From Azolla caroliniana (lineage: Eukaryota; Plantae; Polypodiophyta): DNA of 64,000 nucleotides. Below, piece after piece: positions 11,733 to 24,367 of the stretch. The stretch is from contig JBHGNT010000015.1 of the NCBI GenBank assembly GCA_043228905.1, positions 19,964,001-20,028,000 of the forward strand, written 5' to 3'. Numbering within the stretch: the stretch's first letter is position 1; each line of letters opens with the position of its first letter. The notes beneath the pieces were generated by a model that worked only from the letters and a program-made list of their open reading frames with translations, did no database searches and was not told where the DNA came from. The translations under genes were made by a program, and so were the position numbers.

Positions 11733-11873
11733 GGTGTGAACATAGTTATAATAGTGTGAACCTAGTTAAGTAGCTGTTGGGTGTGAACATACTTAGAATA
11801 GTATGAACCTAGTTAAGTAATTGTTAGGTGTGAATATAGTTAGAATAGTGTGAACCCAATTAAGTGACTCTTA
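11733..11873 (+). repeat. Three tandem 47-bp units within the putative copia LTR U3 region
   Basis: GGTGTGAA(C/T)ATA(G/C)TTA.AATAGT.TGAACC.A.TTAAGT starts at 11733, 11780 and 11827; TATATAAA follows at ~11901. Confidence 0.85.
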
Positions 11874-12025
11874 GGTTTTCATCTACCTGTAGATACTGGT
11901 TATATAAACCATTCTACATCTTTGTAATTAGTGCTCGTTTTTCATAATCTACTGATATTTCCTTAAGTCTTCTAAGTGATCTCGTTGTGTGAGAGTTAGT
12001 CTAAGATCACTGCATTTTCTACAAA

Positions 12026-12037
12026 TGGTATCAGAGC
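12026..12037 (+). promoter_or_regulatory. Primer-binding site complementary to tRNA-iMet
   Basis: TGGTATCAGAGC, the canonical plant retrotransposon PBS. Confidence 0.9.
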
Positions 12038-15000
12038 AAGTTTAGGTTACTTTCTCTATCCTATTCATCCAAATAAGCATACAAAGAGCTTCTTATTTAT
12101 CTATTCCCATCTAAGAAGATATCAAACCTCTCCATCTACAGCAACGAAAGTTCGAACAAAAAATTGCAGCAAAGGTGATCTCTCCGTATTTTCACATTTT
12201 CAAAAAGTAGATTACAAGTTGATTCTTTTGACTACTTGCACACCCAAATGGATTTTTAGTTTTGGAGGTACAGTCAAAACAAGTTTTGTAGCAGTCTCAA
12301 ACCATGACTCCACAACAACTACAACAACTCGTTTTTACCACAACAAAATAACTTTTTAACACAGTAGAGTAACTCTTATTTCTCATCTATTTCTTCAATA
12401 TTATATTGTTTTAGTACATTTTGGTGAATATAACTACGAAGTACTGCAATATCTCATCCATATTTCTTACTTTTGCAATGGTTGAGCAAACTAATATTTT
12501 TTGTATGCTTAATGTTGAAGACAAGTTGGATGGTACTATCATATGTGGGCGTACATGATGAGACATATACTGGTAGCAAAGCAACTATGGGACATTGTAA
12601 TCAAATCCAATGAATGTCCAGCTTCAAGTTCTTCTCCAAACTCTCCCTCCCCTTCAGGAACAATTGACGCAAACAATGCTTCAAGCTCCACTCAACAGTC
12701 CACTTCTTCACAACTTAAGTGGAATGGTAAGGATGCTCAATCCTATGCTCTCATTGCATTATCGGTCAAAGGACACATTGTTCCACATATCCGATCTTGC
12801 ACATCCTCAAAAAGTGTTTGGGATGTGTTAAAGAACCTATATGCTCAAAGGAATGAAGCAAGAGTTGTTATGCTTAACTAGCAACTTGAAGAGACAAGGA
12901 TGCAAGAAGGTGAATCCATGGACGCATTCTTAACAAAAATCAAGGACTTCCAAGGAACTACTCAACATTGATGAAGTGATTTCAGGTAAGCAGTTAGTTT
13001 CTAAAGTTCTTGCCATGCTTCCGGATTCATATCAAGGCTTTGCCACAACCATAAGGCTTCTTACAAGAGGCAAAGAGCGCTTCAACTTTGATGAGCTAAT
13101 CTCCCTTCTCTTACAAGAATCTCAATCTCGAACAAACCGAGATGTTCTTAATAGTGGTGATCAAGCTTTTGTTACCTCTTCCAAGTTCAAAGGCCAACAA
13201 GGACGAAAACAAAATAACCTTCCTTCAAAATGCAATGATGCCTCGACTTTCCATTATGAGAAGAAGAAGAAAAGGTGCAATTATTGTTGTAAACCAGACC
13301 ACGACATTAGCAAATGTCGAAAAAGGAAAGCTAGTGAAGAGAAGAAAAAACAATCTGGTCTTAATGTTACCACCTCTACTAGTGCAAAGGTAGAAGCACA
13401 CATTGCTCAACATTAGTGGGCATTCTCGATACAATCAATGTATGCTCCCTCAAAGGATGATGTATGTTTATCAGTGAGTCTACAGATGCTTGGTATTTGA
13501 TAGCGGCGCTTCTAAACACATAACTTCTTGCAAAAACTCTTTGCCACACTTGAAGATGCTTGTCATAAGGCAAGCATCGTTACCAGTGCCAATAATGCTT
13601 CTTACATCCTAAAAGGCATTGGTCACCTTGAATAATGTTCTCTATGTCCCTAGCATAAAGGAAAACCTTCTTTCTGTTTCTGCCATTGCTATGCATGGAT
13701 ACCCTGTCCATTTTCTCTATAACAAATGCACAATACATGATCGTACAAAGTGTGATATCATTGTCATAACAGGTAGTTTGTTCAAAAACCTTTACAAGCT
13801 TGACATATATCAAAAATTTGATGACCAAAATGCATTAGCAATGGATGCCCAAAGACAGCAATTCTAAACTATGACATCACCGGTTCGGTCATTTAAATTT
13901 CAGCAGCCTTGCACGGCTTAGCAAGCATGATATGGTATGCAATCTTCCTTTCATTCATGTACCATCTAATCATGTTTGTGAGGGTTGTATTCTAGGAAAG
14001 ATGCACATGTTTCCATTTCCAAAAGATGCAAATGTTTTGTCAACACACAAGCTTCAACTTGTACATAGTGATGTACGCAGCTCAATGAGAACATCAATTG
14101 GAGGTTATCTTTATTTTCTTACTTTCATTGATGATGCTACCCAACACACTTGGGTATATCCTTTGAAGGAGAAATCCAATGTATTTTCATGCTTCAAAGA
14201 ATTATTACACCTTGCTAAAAATCTTAGTGGTCACAAATTCATTACTCTTCGCACTGATAGAGGGGGTCAGTACATGTCTCAAGAGTTCAATGCTTTCTTG
14301 AAGGACAGAGGTATTATCCATCAATGCACCACTCCATACTCACCACAACAAAATGGTTTGGCTAAGAGAAAGAATATATCTCTCATGGAGATGGCAAGAT
14401 GCATGCTCAACAGTAAGAAGCTACCTCATAAGTTTTGGTTGGAAGTTGTAATGTGTGCAAACTATGTTTTAAATAGATGCCCCACAATGAGGCTTGGATT
14501 GGTCACAAGCCAAATGTTGTTGGCTTATGCATTTGTGCCACCACAACAGCACCATAAGCTTCAAGACAAAGCAACAAAATGCATCTTTGTTGGCTATAGA
14601 AAGCAAAGGTTATTGGTTGTTTCAGCCCACTACTAGTAAGAACATCATCAGTCGAGATGTGATATTTGCTGAAAATGCAACTCAACCACTTGTGGATTGC
14701 TCCAAAGAACCAGTTCTAGATCAACTAGATGCATTTGATACTTTGTTACCATTGCTCCAAAATGTTGTGTTTGAAGGTGATCGACTAACCCAACCTCATG
14801 GATGTAATGTGCAGGTTTTGCATCAGCAACAACGTGCTCCAAACAGAGATGTAGAGTAGCCAAGCAATGCCCAAATTGATCTCTTGCAACAGCCCAATGT
14901 GGTTGAAAATGAGCAACCAAACATTGTTGATAATAATGTTGATTTACAGGTCATTAACCCACATGATCTAGACATGGAATTGGGGGAAGAAGAAGCCTCT

Positions 15001-15419
15001 TATCAGCAAGCAAGAACGGTTCCTCCAATAAGAAGATATTACAGCATGAAAAAGAAACCCCAATTATATTCATTCATTATATTCCCACACCAAATGAATT
15101 AGAGAGAGAAGAGAGAATCATGATTCAACAGCCCGTGGATTAGTGGACCTAACAATGGTAAGGCATATTGCAAATGGCCTAAAGATACTTGATTTGATCA
15201 TTATTGGAATCATTTTCTTAACAAGATTCTTTTTTGGTATACAATTGTCTTAGTTTAATATGTTATGCCACCATTATCTAGAGAAGTTATAACACTACCA
15301 CATAATGTTGGTTAGTCTTCTAGTGGTTTTTTTCTTGAGCATTACCCATAACAAATTCAGATATTATACATTAACCAAAAGAAGAGACAACAGAGCGCGA
15401 ATCCATTACTACACAACAT

Positions 15420-18400
15420 TCAGTTGTTGAGTTTCTTGAGTAATTCAAGCCACCGAGGAGGTTCTTCGTCGAAAATGTAAGTTAATGGCAATACAAGAAC
15501 TCCACTTCCTCCAACCTGTGTTTAAGCCAAACATCCATATAGATTTAAAGGAAATTTACCAAAATATTTTAAAATTATTAAGAAATTCATACTTCCAAAA
15601 TAAAACATCTTCAAATGTACCATCCAGAAAAGAGCGATCAGATGTTTATTGGTGTAAATCACATATTTATAAGACAAAAATAGTCCTGGCTTACAAAAAT
15701 AAGTGTGTTGTCTGTGTGTGCATGTGTATGTGAGAGAGAGATAGAGAGAGAAGTAAAATAATTAAATATAATGCCCCTCTAAATTTACCATAATTCCCAA
15801 AATGCCACTCGTTTACAAAACTCCCAAGACTAAAGTTTGACATGAGTATTAAAATGCTAAACTATAAGTGACAGAGAATATAGAGGCTACGGAAGAACAT
15901 TACTTGAGTTGTAAATGGTTAAAGAAAATACAAAGCAGCACATGAAGGAAGATTGATCTATCATCAAAATTTTAATTATAATACACAAACAAGAGAATTG
16001 ACTCTTGTATATAATTATGCTAACCTTTCGCAACTGTTTTACAGCATCATAAAGACTTGTCTTTGGCACGCAAACAGTGATAGCATAATAATCCTCTTCC
16101 ACGACCCCATTTTTTTTACTGTAAACTGGACTGACTGTCGGTCCCTGTAATCACACACACAAAACCAAAAACACAAAATGGAGGATCTTTTATGGTAATA
16201 CAAAGACAAACACACAAAAACAATCTCTACCTAGTGGGGTGCCAAAATATCTCACAACAACTCCTCAAACAATCACCAGAATATCCAGCAAGAAACATTT
16301 ACTATTACATAGGGATATTGCTGTTAATCTTTTAATACTTAGAAGTATTTTTTGGAATGTCATTTAATTAAGCGTTGGCTAATGCATTTTAGACCAAAGA
16401 AAAGGCAACAAGAAAAAAGACATGAGATAAGGACCTGTAATCCATGAAAATCTGTGTTATTCAGAAGGAAGTTTGCCACCTCTTTGCTCGACTTACCACG
16501 CATATTAGCTATCACCTACACACACTCAATTTTTACATAAGATGTAAAAATGATTTTTTTTTACATGCAATATTTTGTACACATAATTATCTTTAAAACA
16601 AAATGTATATATCTGTGTGTTAGCATTATATTATGTGTACTAAATATCATTTTATCTCTCTTTCGTAAATGGAGTGTAGTAGCTATCTCCTACAATACAC
16701 TCAATTTCCACATAAAAGATATAAAATGATATTCTCAACACAAAGTGTATATCTATCTATGTATATATGCAAATGTGTATATATAGATATGTGTGTGTAT
16801 ATATGTGTATATATATAGATGTGTGTGTGCTGTGTGCTGTGTGTGTATGTGTATGTGTCTGTATGTGTACGTGTGTGTGTGCGTGTGTGTGTGTATGTAT
16901 CTATGTATGTGTGTATGTGTGTATGTGTATATGTGTGTATGCATGTGTGTATGTCTCAATGACATGTGTTGTGTGTGTCTGTGTGTATGTCTGTGTGTGG
17001 TATGAAAACATTCGGCATTTTACTGTAAATTGACTATTTGCACGAAGGTGAGCTTCCAGTCTCTCCAATATCTCGCGAGTGGTCTCTAATGCAGTTGGCC
17101 TATTAAGCAATGCACACTTGCTGGCAACTAGAACACCCTGTAAAAATCCTTCATATATATAAAAACTCTTTTCAAAAAACAAAATCACATCATCATGATA
17201 CTATATGACTATCAAATACTAAGAAATGATAATCCTTTATAGGTGTGCAATGAGAAGAAAAAAAATACCTGAGATTTTAAAACTAAACCTCCCTCTATTT
17301 GCTTCAAATTATTTTCACGCAATGTTGTGCCACTACTCACAAGGTCCAGAATCGCATCAGCTGTGCCCATCTACAATTTGTTAAGCTATTACCATCAATG
17401 ATAAAACTCCATAAATGCTCATATTCCTACATATTTCAATTAGATTATAATTTGGTGTGAGAATTTGCATGGGCTAGACATATAGATTATTCGATAGTAC
17501 CAAAGAAGACGATAGAATACATCACCAATATAAAACAAACCTGTGCAAATAGCTTTCATCTTACACAATGAATTAAGAGAAAAATATATGACCACAAAAC
17601 CAGACGCCAATATATTCACATTTTAGATAGCGATTAAAAAATGACATAATTAATGCTAATGGTGTACAGGATTCTTCTCCTCTTAAATTTAAAGTGAAAG
17701 GGATATGGGGAGCTTAGGCCATACCATCCCAATACACAATACAAGTATCAAAAATTAGAAAGAAATACACATGCAACAATGGAAGAATTATATACCACAA
17801 ACAAAACAAGTAGAAATCAAAGCAAGAAATCCTCACCGCAGGTGAAGCTTCCAGAGCTCCATCAGCTGTCAGCAATTTCCAATGTTTGAGACCAGAATTT
17901 TCAAGAAATTTTTGTCCTAGCTGTGTATGCAAAGACATTATTCAAACATTTTCTTACCCATTCAATAACCAAAATCCATATTTCTGTGAGAGAAAACATA
18001 ATAAAAATGAAAAGCGAAAACATTTTATTAAAACAAAACTAACATGATTGTAGCCTGTGACAATTCTCAATGGCCTATCAGCAGACCATTGTGGCATTGC
18101 GCCAAGTTCCTCCATAGATGAAATGTTTTCAAATATTCCATATGTTGGAACCTGCATGTTTTCTCACGAGAACATAAAAATGACCTTTCTTCAATGTTTT
18201 TGATGAATTTCTTTTCTATTGGAACTCAAAAGTCAATACTTAACAGCGATAGCCAGATGGCATCTTCCGAATTCAAGGGCATCATGTACGACAATTAGAT
18301 CATCATCTCCCTGATCAATTGGGGATAAAGGAATTAAATGTTTTAGTAAATGTAAAAGAAGAAAAAAACGAATGTAAAATAATTTGCATAGAAAGTAGAT

Positions 18401-20711
18401 TTATTTTTTTAACAACATACCTGGCCATACTCACACACCATATCATAGCCAACAATTCCCAGATCTACATCACCTGCCCTAATTTTCCTGACTACATCAG
18501 AGGCACGCTGGAACCAAACCTCCAAACCTGGAAGCTGTACATTTTCAGCACAAAAACACAATTATATGGTTGTGCACACCCAAAAAGAATAGTCAAATAA
18601 AGGGGGGGGGGGGGGGGGGGGGGCACAAAGAACTTACAGCTGGGATGTCTGCAATGTATTGGCGGGGGTTAGGCTTATGGACAAAGAGCTCACAATCCTG
18701 AAACATTAACATCCGTGGGATAAGCATTCACCACATAGAATACACTTAGTTGTATGTAAACCAATTCTAAAAGCTAATTCTTATAGTTCTAAGAAAAGGA
18801 TAAGTGGGAAACCAGTCATTCTAGGATGTCGGACAAACCTATATTAATAAGGCCCTGGGACATGTGAAAACACGAGGCGATTGGGAGCCTAAGGAGTTAA
18901 CTATATAAAGGGGACTTACTAACCCCTTCAACATGGCATTGAAAGGATGCTGTTGAAACTCTGTGACTAATGCAAAGCTCTCGTAACTTGGATCCATTGA
19001 TTGACTGACTTCCATGGAAAACAAAAGGCTATATTTGGTGGTAAAGCATTCCTTAATTGCTTAAATTTAATACAAGATCCTAATAATATGTTAATGGCAT
19101 ATCAAGAGGGTCTAGAAATTATGCAAATTCCAAGCACATTACACTACATAATCATTGAAATAAAGTTGGAAATATGTAAATGAATGTCATCCAGCTATTG
19201 AAGTTGGATCATTGTAATATCCAAGAAAAAAATATGTAATGGGATCCCATGATGTAGGACTAATTAAGTGTGTGTGTGTGTGTGTGTGTGTGTCTATGGG
19301 CTATGCCCATGGCACACATAGAGCTCAAATGACTCAAGGAGTCACTAAATATTTTCCTGTCCTTGATCATAGAAAAAATAGAGCAAAAGAGTTCTAGTTG
19401 CCCATAATGTATCATTTATCGTGATCCACATGGATTGCTTATCATGTCTAAAACACACTTCCTTTTATGTGGTACATTATATATCATGTCTAACAACACA
19501 TACATGCATGATGTGCATGGATAGAATGCCATTCTAACTTGAGGATTTTTTATGACTTCCAAACACAAGTAAAGAGGGATAACAAGCATGCAGGGATACC
19601 TTGAGCAATTGGAGGGTATCTTCTGCCATTCTTCCTTTGCTAGGAAGAGCAAGTCGGATGGCTGATCGACCCATCCAAATCTCCTTCTCGGGAGACAACT
19701 TATTCTCCAACAATTGACCTGCTTAAGGTGATCCATGATGATCTCCATGAGTGTGACCACTCTCAATTTTCAACCACTCGTGATCGTTAAGAATAAGCGT
19801 GATCTCATTCTTTACTATTATTATGATTCTCCATCAAATTCGATGTATTTCTGATCCTCCTCCAGTTCACTCATAACTCATTCAATGATACATTTTACCC
19901 ATATTTGAGTCCATAAATGCAATTTCACTATACTTTATTCCATAGGGCACCATTCAGAAGTGGAGATTTTCTAATGTTCCTTCACTTCACCATATTTAAT
20001 TCCATAATGCATTATACGATATTCATTCCAAATTGCACCATTCTAAAATGGTCATTTTGCATCATATTTAATTTCATAATACATTTCCCAGTATATTTAA
20101 TTCCATGATACACCATTCTATAGCAGCAACTTCTCTATCATATCCATAATCTCCTATCTTCCTTCGTTTCACTATATTTAATCCAATAACGCATTTCATC
20201 ACATTTGATTCCATAATGTGTTTCGCTTTCCTTATCATAACCCTACTGCATTTCACTACATTGAATTCCAGTATGCATGATTCTATCATGGGGATGTCTT
20301 ATCATATCCAGGAGACATCTTCAGAATATATCAAATTACATGATGCACCGTATTGTGCGATTTCATATCATTGCAACTATCGCAACAAAGCTCCTAAGAA
20401 GAAGGAAAACATCATCTAACATCTAATTCTGCACTCATACCCAAGAATGAGACACACACACACACAAAGGAAAGAAATGATTGAACACACCTACCTCCGA
20501 TGTGCGAGAGAGATTGGGATATTCTGAATGTCGATGGCGATGAAGAAGAAGAAGACGACGATGACGATGAGCACATGACAAAGATCCGGGGGGGATGCCG
20601 TCCTAGTCCTAGTCGGGGTGACCGGGGGTGGGATGACGTCACGTCACGTGGCCTGACGTCAGGCAGGGCCACGTGGGGCAAGGGGATCACGTGAGGGCGT
20701 AGCAGAGCCAT
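15420..20711 (-). CDS. HISN1: ATP phosphoribosyltransferase (long HisG form), plastid-targeted, 12 exons, ~426 aa
   Basis: Exons with GT-AG ends: 20711-20495, 19718-19600, 18697-18638, 18534-18421, 18310-18245, 18151-18044, 17920-17837, 17370-17269, 17137-17024, 16515-16435, 16144-16025, 15515-15420. Motifs [83 protein letters not shown]. Ser/Arg/Pro-rich N-terminal transit peptide. Confidence 0.95.
16745..17000. repeat. Compound (GT/AT) microsatellite in HISN1 intron 9
   Basis: Alternating TG/TA runs; this is the source of the spurious Cys/Val and His/Thr ORFs. Confidence 0.9.
18602..18623 (+). repeat. Poly-G tract (G22) in HISN1 intron 3
   Basis: Direct reading. Confidence 0.9.
19890..20280. 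repeat. Degenerate ~28-bp minisatellite in HISN1 intron 1
   Basis: Recurrent CATTTCAC.ATATTTAATTCCATAATG-like units. Confidence 0.5.
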
Positions 20712-23700
20712 TTCTTTTTTTTGGGTGTGTGTCAAAAGGATATCTGTTTGTGTCTATGTATGTATGTGGCCCTCACAACAACAAACAAAAAAAAGCTCCA
20801 ATTCCTGAGGGTTAGGGATTTCGGTTGGGCCGCTCGTTGGGCGGAGCCCAGAGATCGAGACTCCTCGTCTCACTAGCCGGCCTAAGGAACGAATCTCTCG
20901 CCATAACTTGTATCCCGTCGATTTCTTGACTTGCTTTCGCTCTGGAAAAAGAGTTCTTTCTGTCTATGTTTTGGTCTTCATCGGCCCGAGGCTCTATTGG
21001 GATCTCGCTCACTGCACTTCCCATTTGCTCACGTGCTCCATAAGTCCTTGACGAGAGCCTTAAACATGTTACATTGTATGTGCCAGGACACATGAGAAGC
21101 TAGGTTCTTGCCCTAGTTTCATACACTTTGCCTTCCTTATCTAATTTTGTGAACACTTTGTTTGTCCGCCCTAACTAATATAGGTTGTGAGCAAGAAGGT
21201 GGGTTTTGGGTCCTACTTCTTCCCACTTTCTTGCTTGTTTGTCGATAACTTTGTCTCAACCCTTGACATGTCAAAACAAGAAGCTTTCCATCGCACCTTA
21301 TTATGTGGCCAGTGATATTTTTGCACTGCATTTTCGTCTATTCATTTTGGTTTGAACCCATCGATAAGTGGGATCGATTCTTACCTCATAACTACTAGAA
21401 TAAAGATGGGTGTATACTTTTGGTGGTAAGGTAAGTGTGTTGACGTAAGTGTGAGTTTTAAAACTCGCCACAACCCCGTGAGTTGTCTTCAAGGACATTA
21501 GCGCATGAGCCACCTTTGCATGCCGCTAGGGTTGCTTCATGGTCTCACCTTTCCATTGTCACCTATCTTCATTTTGGAAGCTCCTTGCGCCATTGCCCCT
21601 TCAATAGAAATCTTCTTCCCTTATTATATGTCATCCAAGTTCAAATCTTATTATGTGCACTACTTTTTTGTATGCCATTGCAAAGTGCAAGGTTTGACCA
21701 CGTGTTCTTCACTATGCAACTTTACCAAATGCTCTACAACTATATGGGCACCTAAAGACCTCTTCTTGTATTATTGAGTACCTTAGCAATTGCACATGTA
21801 TCCTTGTCTCGATTAAGTCCTAATCAACCATATGCCCCATAGAAATCCCATAAAAAATTAGTTCAAGAGAGCTCAAGGAGAGAAAGGCAACAATATTGCT
21901 CAACGACAATAGTCATTGGAGAAGGAAGCAAACACTTCTATGCGAGAGAAAGGCAAAGCACCTTGAAAGTAGTACATAAATATTTTAAAAGTAAATCCAT
22001 GAGAGGGATATAATTACGTTGCATGTTGTTGACAAATTATGGGGTTAGAAGATCCAAATTTAGACGATGAGATAAAAAGTGGAACATCATATACACAACC
22101 CGACTACACTCATGGATGGCAATATTTGTTGAGGAGTCGGCAAATAATTACGCCTCTAGTGGCAATATCTTATAAGGGAGTTGGGGTTATAAGGATCAAT
22201 TCAGAAGATGAGATTGAAAGTAGAGACAAAAAAAGGAGGGTAATTGGCCAGATGGGCAAAGCAAGAGGTTTTTTCGCCTTTGCTTGTTTTCTATCGGACC
22301 TCGGCACAAGGAACCAAGTGTGAACCCGACATGGCTAAATTGAACACACACCATGATAATATAACACACACACAGTTCTAATAATAAGAACCTAGATGTC
22401 TTTGTGACTTCATGTGAGACTCTTCTTCTTCTTTGTGTGAATTGTTGGTGTTAGCTTTTCCTCGCCTCCATCTCTCATCAGGTAAAAGAAACACCATCTA
22501 TATTGTTTTTCACATTTATTTGTTTATTGATTTCCGCACGCCCTTATTTCATGATCGTTTTGGGAAGATGGGATTATATTAATAAACTAGTTAATAATAG
22601 AAAATGATGTTATATTTATTTATGTATCCTCAAAACGTGGTGTGTAATTAATCACGAATTGATTAGATTTTATTAAGTTGTGTTTGAGAGATTAAAATTA
22701 ATATATGTATGTATGCATATATCAGAGGCATCAAAAGAAAGGCAAAATCACAAAAAACAAGAGAAGGGAAGAGGAAACCTAGTTGTGCAGAGCAAGTAGT
22801 AGATATGAGATGTTGTAGGTAGTTCAAATGAATGAAACAAAAATCGGTGATATAACTACGAGAAACTCTCTTAGTGCCCTTCTATGTCGAGTCGAGTTGA
22901 GTTATAAATCAAGATATGGAATGGAGATATTGACGAGGTTGTAAGTTTGAAAAGGATCAGTATGCAGTGCTACAAGCATCTGACTTGTCCCTTAATATCA
23001 AGCTTTAGTTATGCATTGCAAGTCATGTTAAGCCTAGAGATGAGATGCACATAGTTATACATTGGGTGACATGCATCCGAGGATGGTTTTAAGGAATTAA
23101 GGCTTTGAATATATGCACATAACTATGCACTAAGTACACTTTAAGAGTTGAGTTTTGGCTAAAATAGACTAAAATTGCCGAATGGAGTGGTCTAATTTGG
23201 CCACTTGTAGTATCCATGGACAACTACGTTTTGGAATGTATGTGTAACATGCATCAATATGCATTAGTTATGCACTTGGGATCAATTTAATACCACAAGT
23301 ATTGCAAATGATCAACTAAAAAGTTATGGTTTGGACACGTGACCTAGGGCTCCTCTATGTAGTGCATCTAATGGGTTGATTGCGCCTTGGCCAAAGCCGT
23401 AAAGATATAATATTGCTTAAAAAATGTACATGCATATATGTACAATATCCTACAGGTGTAGGTGAATAGCATTTCATTAATCCTTGTATTGTAAAATTTT
23501 AAAGCTCAAATTTCTCAAGGTCAATGTTTGAGTTATGTTGTCGTCAAAGTACAAGGTTTGATTATTGTTTGTGCATTACATGACCGTGTTATGATGCTTT
23601 TGGCATGTAAGAATGTCATTGGTTTCATGATGATGAACTTGTTTTTTCCTTAAAATTTTGTGCCAGCTACAATAAAAAATTTGGTTCTCCTTTTGTGGGT

Positions 23701-23841
23701 ATTAATTTTGTGCTCTTCAAAATTTTCTTTCAACTTGGTTGGGTTTTTTCTCTTGTACCAATCACCTTACTGTGTAGAAGGTAAAGTTTGACATAAGTGT
23801 TGCTTTTCTAACAATGTGTGTGAATTGTAATACATGCAGTT

Positions 23842-24367
23842 ATGGACTTTTGCCCATCCTGTGGTAATTTGTTACTCGTGGAACATGCAGCACTTGGAAG
23901 AAGCCTTCGTTTCTTTTGTCCAACATGTCCATATGTTTTTCCTATTGAAAGAAAGGTGCATTTTGGTCTGAAATGAATGGAACTTGGAAGTACATTTACG
24001 AATGTGATTTACTAAAAAATTGAATTTGCTTTTGTCAATGAACAAAACAGATAACAAACAAACTTCAACTCTCGAAAAAAGAGGTTGATGATGTTCTTGG
24101 TGGAGAGGAAGCATGGAAGAATGTTGATCGTACAGAAGGTAAGGCACTAATATGTTGCCATTTCTTACTATCTTGTTTTCTAATCAAATTTCTATGACTT
24201 TGAGTTAATGAGTGTGTGGTTCTTCTGGTGCTGAAGCTGTTTGCCCGAAATGTACTTGCCGCAAAGCATATTTCATGCAAATTCAAATAAGATCAGCTGA
24301 CGAGCCAATGTCCACATTTTATAAATGTTGCAATCATAATTGTCAATTCCAATGGCGAGAGGGTTAA
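23842..24367 (+). CDS. RPC10: DNA-directed RNA polymerase III subunit C11 (RPC10/POLR3K family), 3 coding exons
   Basis: Exons 23842-23955, 24051-24138, 24237-24367 give MDFCPSCGNLL...FFCPTCPY...KEVDDVLGGEEAWKNVDRTEAVCPKC...AYFMQIQIRSADEPMSTFYKCC...WREG*: two zinc ribbons and the TFIIS-like QIRSADEP motif. A possible 5' UTR exon donor lies near 22481. Confidence 0.95.

Larger units (their letters stand above)
11700..15035 (+). mobile_element. Degenerate, 3'-truncated Ty1/copia LTR retrotransposon (5' LTR, PBS, gag, protease, integrase; no RT, RNase H or 3' LTR seen)
   Basis: LTR ends in CA at 12023 (left end uncertain), followed by the tRNA-iMet PBS TGGTATCAGAGC at 12026-12037. Gag with zinc knuckle CNYCCKPDHDISKC; frameshifted protease motif (WY.DSGASKHIT, ~13490); integrase HRFGHLNF, CEGCILGK, LQLVHSDV, LRTDRGG, PQQNGLA. 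Multiple stops and frameshifts. Confidence 0.9.

Noticed and set aside
11733-11873. Regularly spaced repeats resembling a CRISPR array
   Set aside because: The units are contiguous with no unique spacers, lie in a retrotransposon LTR of a eukaryote, and have no cas genes nearby.
16753-17033. Cys/Val/Tyr-rich and His/Thr-rich ORFs, also at 44068-44614
   Set aside because: They are translations of TG/TA microsatellites, not metallothionein-like proteins.
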